In this document: positions 35,739-46,890 of the stretch, in pieces
How the letters are laid out: every line of letters begins with the position of its first letter
How positions within the stretch are numbered: the stretch's first letter is position 1
Program-made: the position numbers and the translations under genes
The notes under the pieces: generated by a model
Told to the model about the DNA's origin: nothing
Databases searched by the model: none
Seen by the model: the letters and a program-made list of their open reading frames with translations, nothing else
Assembly (NCBI GenBank): GCA_965603825.1
Contig: CBFDEM010000030.1
Span: 434,001-498,000 of the forward strand
DNA from: Blepharisma stoltei ATCC 30299
Lineage: Eukaryota; Protista; Ciliophora
Direction: 5' to 3'
Length of the DNA: 64,000 bases

Positions 35739-35954
35739 ATGAACACACCAATTTATCACACACCTCTCTCAAGAAAATCATTATTGAGGCTGCGGGTCCC
35801 GCTCTCTCCACTTCCTTTAGACATCTCCCCAATTATCTCTAAAAAACCAAAAGATTTTGAAAAAGAAAACGTATATCTCTCCACGCCTCCTACAGCCTCA
35901 AGTTTTGAATCCCCTTTCTCCGATATGGATTCTCCTTACTTTACACTCAGGTAA
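35739..35954 (+). CDS. Small SP/TP-rich protein (71 aa)
   Basis: aaaaATG start context and coding-like composition; cannot be spliced in frame to the next ORF. Confidence 0.45.
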   Translation: MNTPIYHTPLSRKSLLRLRVPLSPLPLDISPIISKKPKDFEKENVYLSTPPTASSFESPFSDMDSPYFTLR

Positions 35955-35994
35955 TAATTAAGGAATAATTTTTGTCAGATCTCGTTAAGTTAAT

Positions 35995-37083
35995 ATGGAA
36001 AATATGTTACAAGAGGATTCTCAAAGCTTTGACTTACCTAAATCTCTTCATGAATTTTTTTGCTATGTGTTTACAAGCAATTGTCATATAGACGAAGCCA
36101 GTGTAACCTCTGAAGAAATGCGGACTTTGGAAGAGCTAGATTCGTTAGAGGTCCTTGAAAATTTGAAAGAGGTAGTTTTGGAACTGCTGAGATTTAAAAG
36201 AGATCATAAAACCTCAGATAATGCAGAACTAATACAAAAAAGTGAACAATTTGAAACACTACTACAAAAGTCAGAAGCTGAAGTAAGAAATCATATACGA
36301 ATCGAGCATCAGCTTAAACTTCATATAGAATCTTCACAAAATCGAATAGATGAGCTAGAAAAGCTCAACTCTCAGCTATCAAAAAAACTAGAAGATGGGA
36401 GCAGTTCTGGAAAGCACAGCGATAAAGATGTAGACTTGAAACTTAAGCAAATTGAACAGAGATTTAATAACGAAATGAAAAAAATCACTAATCAGCATAT
36501 TGATAATAAAAAAGAAACAAGTGAAAAAATCATCAAAGAATATGAACAGAAAATAGAACAATATGCAGAAGATGCAGAAAAGAAAGATAAAGCTATTATT
36601 AGGCTAAAAGAAGAATGCATTAAACTGAAAAATAAGCTGGAAGAAAAAATGGTGGAAAATGAAAGGCTGAAAAATGAGATAGAACGACTGAGAGCTGGAG
36701 AGAAAAAGACTGAGCCAAGGAATGCGGTGAATATTGATTATTTAAAGAAAAAACTTGAAGAAAAGGCTGCGGATCTGAATAAGATGCAACAAAAGATTAA
36801 GGAGAGGGTTAATGATAAATCTCCTGCATTAGCAAATAATAAAGAAATACAACATCCTTCAAAGGATAGGTCTCGAAGCAACCGGAAATCGCTTGGAGAA
36901 GTGGATATTATGAAAAGCAACACAATCGAAGCTAGAAAAGAAAACACTGAATCTTCACCTTTGAGAGATAGTTATAAAGGATCTCCTGTTAAAAAGGCAA
37001 AGGTAGTTCAAAAGGGGCACTCGAGGAGCAGATCTGATCAGATCAGGCCAAGCACAGCGCCAAAGCGCATTGGGAATCATTAG
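35995..37083 (+). CDS. Coiled-coil protein (ciliate EAEVRNHIRIEHQLKL family)
   Basis: 362-aa heptad-rich ORF. Confidence 0.8.
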   Translation: MENMLQEDSQSFDLPKSLHEFFCYVFTSNCHIDEASVTSEEMRTLEELDSLEVLENLKEVVLELLRFKRDHKTSDNAELIQKSEQFETLLQKSEAEVRNHIRIEHQLKLHIESSQNRIDELEKLNSQLSKKLEDGSSSGKHSDKDVDLKLKQIEQRFNNEMKKITNQHIDNKKETSEKIIKEYEQKIEQYAEDAEKKDKAIIRLKEECIKLKNKLEEKMVENERLKNEIERLRAGEKKTEPRNAVNIDYLKKKLEEKAADLNKMQQKIKERVNDKSPALANNKEIQHPSKDRSRSNRKSLGEVDIMKSNTIEARKENTESSPLRDSYKGSPVKKAKVVQKGHSRSRSDQIRPSTAPKRIGNH

Positions 37084-37238
37084 TGTGTTATAAGATAACT
37101 TAATATATTAATCGCAAAATTTTAATAAAATAAGTGTTATAAATCTTTATATAAGATATTTAAATAAATTAGTGTTTGCATCAATTCTTTTTCTTTTCTG
37201 AATATAAATTAGGACAATGTTTAATATTAAGACTTAAT

Positions 37239-37928
37239 TTACAATTTCCCTGATCCGTAAATTACGCTTAGAATGACTATAAGGATAATCCCTATTCCAA
37301 AAATTGCGACACCTCCAACTATGCATCATTTTCAGAAGGCTTTTGAAGCATAAGATCTTGCAATAGCCAAATCTTGCATCCCTTTTCCTGATTCTTTTTC
37401 AGCTATTTCAACATTGATTTCCACTGTATTTAATTGCTCTCCTTGAATTTCAACTAAAGATGCTAAATCTTTCGAAATACTGTTTATTTCAATTAAATCT
37501 CTTTGTAGTGCCAATAGCTCTTCTCTTTTCTCTTTAGAAATGACTTCTTCCATATTTCCAACTGTTTTGAATTCATTTGGGTCTGTTTCAAGCACCTCTG
37601 TTGTTTCCATAACTTTTGTTTCTTCTATATTCTCATTTTCAGGCTGTGCATCTAAAGCTATATTTTTAAGCTCTTTAAGCAATAATTCAAATTCTTTTAT
37701 TGATTTAAGCCTGAAAAATTCATCTTCTTTATTTTTTGATTTTAATTTAAGCATGTCATTAAGCTCTCTAGCTATTTTTAAGCAAAAATCTTTTTCTTCC
37801 TGCATATAAACTGCTTGATTTAAGGCTTTAGTTGATTTTTTAGATTTGAAAATTTGTTTTTTCAAACTTTTAATTTTGCTTTCGAAGGCTTTTAGATATT
37901 CTCCTACATCATTTTTATATTGAGACAT
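37239..37928 (-). CDS. Syntaxin-like t-SNARE with C-terminal TM anchor, 229 aa
   Basis: SNARE motif LVEIQGEQLNTVE. Reading TGA 37332 and 37326 as Trp adds the anchor CIVGGVAIFGIGIILIVILSVIY; TAA at 37239-37241. Confidence 0.9.
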
Positions 37929-38044
37929 TTATTATTAAAAATGGAAAAAACTCTAATGATAATTTTATAAGTTTAATAATTAAGAGATCCAAGAATTAAT
38001 AAATAATCTAAAAGAGCTAATTAATAAACATTTTTCCATATTTA

Positions 38045-40789
38045 ATGGGTAACTGCGTTTCATCTAGCAAAAAAGGAAGATCAGCATACAGTTTACAATT
38101 TTCTGAGAGCTCAGCTTCTCAGCCTCTTTCCCCTGTTAAGCCTCGTTCTTTTCTCGAAGCAACTCCAAAAGCCAACCAGAAAGACTTCCAAGTTGACATT
38201 GAAAACAAGAAATCGTTGCCAACAGATAGATCATCTCATGGCCGTGACAGAAGCAGCTTAAGCATCCAAGAGCCTATAGAAGCCCCTAGTGCATTAATTA
38301 TTGACAAGCAAAAGACTGAAAGAGACAGAGAATTCTTAAAAGAAGCTTTAAAGAAGCATTTCATTTTCAATAGCTTACCTAAAGAAAGCATCAATAACAT
38401 CATAGAAAGCTTGAAATATTATACAATTGCATCAGGTGGGGAAACTATATTTAATCAAGGCGAAAGCGGGAAAAATTTTTTTATAGTGGCTTCTGGGAAG
38501 CTGGAAAGAATTATAGACGGAGAAATAAGAGGAATAATAGCAAAAGGCGCCGGATTTGGAGAGTTGGCGCTATTACATAACTCCAAAAGATCTGCTACAA
38601 TAAAAACAGTTGAAAGAACAGCTTTATGGGGAATAGATAAAGAAAGCTTCAATAAAGCTGTAAAATCAATAATAAAAGAAAACTTCGAAAAACACAAAAA
38701 ATTTGTCGAAAAATTCCCTATCTTTAGAGATCTTACAGAAGATCAAAAAAATAAAATTGCGAGTGCTCTTAATCTAGAAGAATATGAAGATGGAGACACC
38801 ATTGTAAAAGAAGGCGATGAAGGCTTTTGCCTTTATATCATTGAAGAAGGTGCAGTAAGTTGTGTCAAAGGAGGAGTTGAAATACAAGAAATAAAACAAG
38901 GTGAGTTTTTCGGGGAAATGTCTTTACTAAATAACCAAAGACGATTAGCTACAATTATTTCACTGGGAAAAACTCGACTTTTGAGCCTAAGTAAGGAAAA
39001 CTTGAATCTAATTTTAGGAGGCCAAAGTGAAAATATTATGTACAAGAATTCTTTACAAGTTTCGTTTAAGCTTAGCAAGTCTTTAAGACATCTCCACAAA
39101 GAAATCGTTGCAGCTTTAATAGAAAAAGCAAAACTAAAAAAATTTAATCAGTTTAGCACAGTTATTAGCCCTGAAGAACAAATTGGAGCAAAAATGTGGG
39201 TGGTTCTTCGTGGAGGTATACAAGCTCAGACATCTTTAAAAGAAATCCACTTGTTTCAATGATTAGGAGACAATGACCTGCTGAACCCTATAAGCGAACA
39301 AATTGGAGAGGCGTATATTGCTACTGAAAAATCAGTAATAGCTGAATTTTCTCGTCAAGATATTGAAAGTACAATTGGGGGAGACTTGGCGACTATTATT
39401 GAAAGAAATATTGTCTGCGAAGCTTTGAAAAAAATTCATCTATTTAGTATTCTTTCAAATGAAAAGCTTGCGCAGCTATCTCAGACTCTTACAACTGAAA
39501 AGTTTCCAAGAAATCATACAATTTTCGCAGAAGGAAGCACAGGAGACAAGCTTTATATAATAAAATCAGGAAAAGTCACTGTTAACAGAAATCTAGAGCA
39601 GTTGCGGAAGCTTTATCAAAACGATTATTTTGGTGAGCGAGCAATTTTATTAAAAGAAAAACGAACTGCTACTGTAAAAGCTGTAACAGAAGTTGAATGC
39701 TGGGTAATGAGCCGCTCAGATTTTACACGCATAATTGATGCTCAAATAAAGCAGCTTTTAAAAGAAAGACTAGCCCTTCAAAACGACACTATTGACCTGG
39801 CAGATTTATTTATTTTCGAAAAATCCCAGCACAGCCGATCAAATTTGTACTCAGTTTATCATAAAAATTCAAAAACATTATATTCCCTCAAGGTTGTCTC
39901 TAGGGAAATGGTTGACCATTTTAAAATGCATAAGAGTATTCAGTCAGAAAAAGCTATTTTGCAGCAAATTGACCACCCGATGATACTCAAATTAGTTAAA
40001 GCTATTAAGGACTCAAAGAGAGTCACGTTTTTATTAGAATATGTGAATGGAAAATACTTAAGAGAAATTATAGAAAAGCTGGGGAGCTTGCCCAGCCATG
40101 ATGCGAAATTTTATATATCATGCTTTATATTAATTTTAGAATATTTACAAGAAAAAAATATAGTCCATAGGAATCTGAAGCCGGAAAACTTTATGATTGA
40201 TGAAGCTGGGTACCCGAAGCTGTGTGATTATGGGACAGCTAAAATGATTGAAGGAAGAGCTTATACGATCGTAGGGACTCCACATTATATGGCTCCTGAA
40301 ATAATATCTGGGAAAGGATATACATGCTCAGTCGATATATGAAGCTTAGGTATCATAATGTATGAAATGGCTTATGGAGAAGTGCCTTTTGGAAATAGCA
40401 AAGACGATCCTTTAAAAATCTACGAAGATATTAATATGCTGGATATAGAATTCCCACAGAGTAATGGAGTTTCTCATAGAATGATCTCTTTAATGTCTTC
40501 AATGCTAGATAAATCGCCTTTATCAAGAGCGAGCATTGAGTCATTGAGAAGACACTCATGGTTTTCAGGGTGGAATTGGGAAGACGTCCAAAGTAAACAA
40601 CGAAAGCCGCCATATTTGCTCCCAGTGAAGGTAAATCTTGGGAAAATCGAAAGGGCACTGAAATCAAAATTGACGATTTTTGACATTTTAGAGGTAAAAA
40701 ATATTTAGGCTGATGAAGAATCATTCAGATTGAAGCTGCCGAAGTTTAGAAAAATATCTACAAAGAGAAACTGGGACGATTTATTTTAA
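38045..40789 (+). CDS. cGMP-dependent protein kinase (PKG)-like protein, probably a pseudokinase, about 909 aa
   Basis: MGNC; cNMP domains GFGELAL, FFGEMSL and YFGERAI plus one degenerate; GTPHYMAPE; VDI[W]SLG at TGA 40340; TGA 39260; intron 40694-40708; ends NWDDLF. Confidence 0.9.
40694..40708 (+). other. 15-nt intron
   Basis: gtaaaaaatatttag; removal restores the AGC tail WDDLF. Confidence 0.88.
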
Positions 40790-40879
40790 TTTTATTATAG
40801 TTTGGATTGTTATAAATCCAAATATTTATAAAAATCTAAATAACTTAATATTTTAATGTTTATATTGAAATAGGTAAAT

Positions 40880-43030
40880 ATGATAGGAAACATAGTGAAA
40901 GAAGGAGTTGTGTAATTTTTATTCAGATATCGCCGCAGTAAGATTCTCAAGAATTGAAAGCCAAGGTATTTTGTGTTGACTAAAGACAAGTTTTTCTATT
41001 TCATAAAGTACAAGGTAAAGAGTAGCTAGAATGAAAAACCTAAGAGAATTGAAGACATAGATAAATATACTCCAGAATGGCCAGGCACCCAAAAAGGGAA
41101 AATATACATGTTCAAACTTTTCCATAAAGAACATGCTAAACGAAATCTCACCCTTGGCCTTCTTTCCAAAGAAGCTGCAGAAGAGTGGGCAAAATGCTTT
41201 ATGCAAAAGCCAGCTACTTCTCCTACAGAAGATATTCCTGATGACCAGTCTGTAAAATCTCTCGGTCAGGCTCGGCAATCACAAATATTCTTCACCAACA
41301 AAAGAGTGGCTCGCGAGTTTCCCAAAGAGCTCGAAATTGGGCTAAAAAAACTAAAAGAAACTAATGACTGGAAATTAGTTGGCGATATGGAATGAAAATC
41401 AAAAAGCTGGTATAAAACCACAATGATAGTCCCTTCTCCTTCCAAACTTCTAGCAGAAGCTTTACAAGAAAAGCGCGCTGAATGGGATTGGCTGCTTTCT
41501 TCTTTCAGAATCATTTCTTCTCCTGAAAATTCCAAGCTGTTTTTAGGCAAAATCAAGTCACAACAGTTTGTTCTCTTATCATACATCCATACAGAGCAGC
41601 CTTTTAGTATCTATATCCTGCAAGAAACAGTCTCCCATGACCGTTATCCCTCAAAACTAAATTTTGCGGAATATTTTTTAATAAGTCAGCATCCTTATCA
41701 GTCAAACCTCTCCCAATTAACAAGAGTTACAAATATCCCTGATTTTAAAGACTCCTTAAAAGGCATTATTAATTATGTTGAATTTCAGCAATTTTTTGCA
41801 TCTGCTGCTGATTTTCATTTAGAAGACCAATTAAGCCCTGAAACAAAAAATGAAAATGAAATCCAAAGCCTAAAACCAAGCGAGCCTATGAGTTTTTCTG
41901 AATTTTTTATATATGGGGAAGGGGGAAGATATGAAAGAGATGAGATTAATGGAGCCTTGATATTTAAAGATAAAGAGCTGATTACAAAACAAAGGCAAGT
42001 TTTAAGCCATATGTTGAGAAGTATGGGGAAAAATCTATTAAGCGGGAAAAGTATTATGACAGTGTCACTTCCTGTTTATATTTTTGATAAAAGATCTATA
42101 TTGCAGACAATGTGTGCGTATTATGGGTATGCACCTATATTTTTAGAAAAAGCAGCAAAAGCGACAGGACTGGAACGATTTAAACAGTTTGTCACTTGGG
42201 GAGTATCTTGGCTCCATTTACCGACTGAACAATTGAAGCCTTTTAACCCGATTTTGGGAGAAACTTTTCAAGGGTTTTTAGGGAAAACGCCTGTTTTTGC
42301 TGAGCAAACTTTCCATCATCCTCCGATTTCTCATTTTCAAGTAATAGGCGAAAACTATACTCTTCAAGGCTATAATGAGTTCAATGCCTCCACTTCAGCA
42401 AATTCAATGAAAGCGAGGCAGAGAGGCTTAACTCAGGTTACAATTGGTGATAAATCATATTATCTAAGCTACCCGCAATGTCTTATTACAGGAACCATCA
42501 TGGGCAAACGATATTTCAACTGGCAAGGCGTTATGAGCTTTATGGCTCCTGACGAAGGCTACTTTTGTGAAGTCCTACTAAACCCTGACAAAAAAGGTGG
42601 CCTCTCAGGCATGTTCAGCAAATCCCATACCCCTCAAGACTGTTTCCGAGGCTACATTCAAAAAGTCACTGCCAATCATGTAATGATGACTGAACAAGGA
42701 CGAAAATCCATCGTCGAGGACGGTAAAAAGCCAGTGATGTCTAACCCTGACGACATTGAACAAGAGCTTTCCTCAATCGAAGGATATTGGACTTTATATT
42801 TAGACATTGACGGTGTGAGATATTGGTCATTTAATGACTATAGACCATTCATATTGACACCTGCTCCATCAATTCTTCCATCAGATTCCTCACATAGGCT
42901 AGACATAAAAGCAATGATCAAAGAAAACGTAGAAGAAGCTCAAATTCAAAAAGACATCCTTGAGAACATCCAGCGTCGAGATCGCAAGCTAAGAGCTGAT
43001 TATTCGAAGAATTCTAAGTCACATCATTAA
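40880..43030 (+). CDS. PH plus degenerate START-like plus oxysterol-binding (OSBP) domain protein, about 706 aa
   Basis: KEGVVYRRSKILKN[W]KPRYFVL; KPFNPILGETF; EQTFHHPP. Introns 40912-40926 and 41015-41029; TGA at 40955 and 41393. Confidence 0.9.
40912..40926 (+). other. 15-nt intron
   Basis: gtaatttttattcag inside the PH beta-1 strand; contains in-frame TAA. Confidence 0.88.
41015..41029 (+). other. 15-nt intron
   Basis: gtaaagagtagctag; contains in-frame TAG. Confidence 0.85.
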
Positions 43031-43046
43031 TTAAACTTTATTCAAA

Positions 43047-46000
43047 TTATAGCTTGTCTAAGGATGACCTCATACTGGCTTGGCTCATGGTAAAATCATA
43101 ATAGGACACGGATGCTATGCTTTCTGATATCCTTAGCTCTTCTTCTTGTATATTTTCAATATCAGCCACTCTTGCATCAACCTTCATATCTTCTGTGTCT
43201 ATTGAAATAGCACTAAATGTTGAAAGACAGCTTGTAAGACGCTCTACACAGCTATTTGACAGATTATTTCCTTTCATTGCAATTCTTTTTATTTTTGAAA
43301 ATTTTTCTCGATTTTGGATAAATAAATCTGCGCCTTCGTCTTCTATATTATTATAGCTGATATCTAATGTCTGCAGCTGTGGCATAGCAGGGGATGTATC
43401 GAAAAATCTTTGAAGACCAGCAGATTTGAGGGAATTTCCCATAATATTTAAATTTTTCAGTTGAGGAAGAGAGTTAAGGGATTGTGCGACTTGTAAAATC
43501 CCGTCTTCTCCTAAAGAATTTCAGCTTATATCTAGCTCTTCAAGAGAGCTTAAAGTAGAAAGCATTCTTGAAAAGCTTCTTGCCCCAAAGCCAGTGATTT
43601 GTCCACGGCTTAAACTTAGGGATTTCAAATCTGTAAGTATAGAAATTGCGGCAGACAATGATTTTATGCCTTCATCTTCTAATACATTCCAACCTAGATC
43701 TAGGACTTTTAAAGCACTTACATATTGTAAAGATGACGCAATATGCCTTGCACCTTCATATCCAATAAAATTTCACCTTAAATTGAGAACTTTTAAGGCT
43801 GGCATAAATCTGAGGACAATAGAAAGCTGCTGAGATCCTTGTATTCTTAATTTATTTCCATTCAAAATAAGCTCAGCTAGCTTTGGCATCTTGGCTAATG
43901 GTTTGCTTAACTCTTTCAACCCTTGAGCTTCAATTCCATTGTTTCCTAGATCAAGAACTCTAAGGCTATTAAGCTTAATTAAAGCGTTTGATAAAATCTG
44001 AGAGCCAGAAATCCCCAATTGGTTTTTCGAAAAATTCAATTTTTGTAGCATCTGGAGGCTTGAAAGCCCTGAAACAATATTTTCTGTCCCTATGCTGCTT
44101 AAATAATTGCAGCTAATATCTAGCATTTCAAGCCCTTGCAGCTTAAAAAGAGTCTTTCCAAGCTCTAAAGCTCCATCAGATCCCATCTGTATATTTCTTA
44201 GCAGCAGAACTTTTAAGTTCGTTTGGAGCTGTACAAATTGGCATAAAATAGAAATCCCTAAAGATCCTAGAGGATTTGAGCTTAAGTTTATACTTTTCAG
44301 ATATGGAAGATAGCCGAAGTCAATAAATTTTGCTGCTTCAACAGCACCTATTTTGCAAGAAGACAAATCTAAAGAATTGAGCATATCAAGCTTCAACTGA
44401 GAAATTAAATCTCTTGACAGTTCTATTGAGCTTAAATCAAGACCTTCAGAAAACAGCCCTCCATTTCCTAATTTCAGTACATCTAGCTTTGTAGGTAGCT
44501 TATTTAAATCAATTCCTACATTTAGGTCATTGCAGCTTATATCTAGTGCTTCTAAACTTCTATTATTTGCAATGATATTAAAAAATTTCATCACTTTTTC
44601 GTATTTTAAATCCTTAAATAAATGGTTTCCCTGCACATAAAATTCAGATAAATCACTTATATTTTGAATAAGGCTTGAAATAGAAGCTAAGCCTTCAGAG
44701 TTTATATTATTGAAGCTTAGATCTATAACTTTTAAATTTGATAATGATTCTAATGATTTTGTGATTATTTTTATTCCTCCAGAGCCTAGCTTATTGTTCC
44801 CTATTCTGAAAATTTTTAAGCTTTTGAAATATGGCATTATTTTTTGCATTTCTTTGGCTTCTTGTTTTCTCATCAAATTGTGACTGATATCAAGCTCTTC
44901 TAATTGGTATAAGCAGGCAACTGAGCCGAAAATTGTTTTAAAGCCATTTCCTATATCGTTATAGGATAAATCTAAAATTTGTAGGTTCATAATTGAGCTT
45001 AAACAAGGGGCTAAAGCTTTCATTCCGGATGCACCTATTAAATTTCCTGCTAAATGAAGCTGCCTAAGTGAGCTTAATTGAGGAAGGGCAGATACTAGAT
45101 GTCCGATCCCTTCTTCACCTATTGAATTTCAGCTTAAATTTAAAATTTCAATATTTTCAGAAATATGGGCAGAAATCAGTCTTATCCCTTCAACACCTAG
45201 CTGATTTTGGCTTAAATCAAGATCATTTAAATACTCAAACTTTTCCATAAGTGTTTTTACATGGTCTCCAGCTTCAAAATTCAAGCAATTTCCTTTTAGT
45301 TTTATAGCCTGAATTTCTTTATTTTCTTCAAAATTATTTAAAATTCCTAATAGCCCAGCAGTTTTTATTTCGTTATATGACAAGTCAAGAATTTTTAGAT
45401 TTTTTAGAGATTTCAATACAGGTGCAAAAATGATGGCTCCTTGTGTTTTTATTAAATTGTTAGAGAGATCTAGGTATTCTAACGATCTGATTTCAGAAAT
45501 CCCATTGGATAAAGCTTGGCAAGCTTGATAATTAATCAAATTTCCTGAAAGCAATAAAACTTTTAAACCTTCTAATGTTTTCCAAATAGATGATAAATGA
45601 GCAGCACCTGGGGAAGAAATTCTAGTGTTCTGTAAATCTAGTCTTTCAAGCTTCCTAAGATAAGCAATGTCTCTTGTAAGCTGAACACTTCCTTGCTCAC
45701 CAATATTATTATTACTTAAAATCAAGGTTTTTAAGCTTATCAAGCTCCTGAACTGAGGCGAGATGTTTCGAATATTGTTCATGGTTATCCCAGTGTCATT
45801 GAGGTTAAGAATTTCTAAGCAGAGAAGCTTAGGAAATACTTCAGAAAGCTGGGTCAAAGTATTTATTGATAGCAATGAGTGAGAAAATGATAGCTCTTTT
45901 AAGTCAGAAAAATTCAGCAAGGCTTGAGATAAGCTTTGAGACTCCGAATCCAAAATTGCTCCAACTTCAAGTCTGAGTATTGACACCTTTTCAAGGTTTC

Positions 46001-46865
46001 TTATTCCTTTAAAAAATGAGCCTAAATCATTTGCCTTATTATCAAAAGCCCCTGAAATAGAAATTTCTTCTAATTTCTTCAAGTTTTCAAAAGACTCTCC
46101 AAACTTACAGAGAGTCCTTTTTTTCTGTTTCCTAAACTTTATTGACTGTATATTTGGAAATAATTTAAAATAATAATTTAAATGTTCAGCATCCTTTTTT
46201 TTAATTTCTCCCAGCTCTAAGACATTTTCTGAGTTTTCTTTTAATAACAATTCTTTCATATCATCACTGATTTGATGTGAATAAACCCTTATATAATCAC
46301 TAGGCCCTGTATAGCATAATGGTTTCCACTGAAGTGACAATTTATAATAATTCCCAATATTTATTTTTGGTAAATCATCAAAATCAAACCTCATATTAAA
46401 CGGGTCAAATTTACTTGAATCAGTCTGACTTAATTCTAGCATATTAAAAATCTCTGTTGCCTGCTTATGATTGGGTGGCGACTCCTCTATGAATTTTATA
46501 GCTTTTTCAATCTCTTTACTTTTTTCTTCACACGCTTCATTTAACTTTGCTTTAACTTCATCAATTTGGTCAAAAAGATCAAGCATGAAATTATCGATTT
46601 TTCTTTTGATTAGATCTTCACAGTCTTCTTTAAATATCGCGATACTTGTGAGCTCTCTTTTTAACGTTTCCAGTCTAAATCGTTTTACTGTGAGCATGTT
46701 CTGAATTTCAAGATTGTCAATTGGTCCAAAAGTATGATCAACTATTTCAGCTGATTTGAAGTGGGGTGCTAAGCACTTTTTGCAGAGAATAATCCCAGTG
46801 CATAAGCAGACATATACTGCAGGAGTTTCGTGGCAGGATTCACAGTTATCTGTTTTTTGCTGCAT
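43047..46865 (-). CDS. RI-like leucine-rich repeat protein with N-terminal B-box-like Zn finger, about 1272 aa
   Basis: CESC...CLC...CKKC...H N-terminus; many LxLSxNxIG repeats; TGA at 45129, 43773 and 43521 all fall in the LxL[SR]-W-N position. Confidence 0.88.
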
Positions 46866-46890
46866 AAATAATGAAATTAAGAAAGTTATA

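Noticed and set aside
35951-35978. Intron joining the 35739 and 35995 ORFs
   Set aside because: Both the 12-nt and 28-nt splices hit TAA before 35995.
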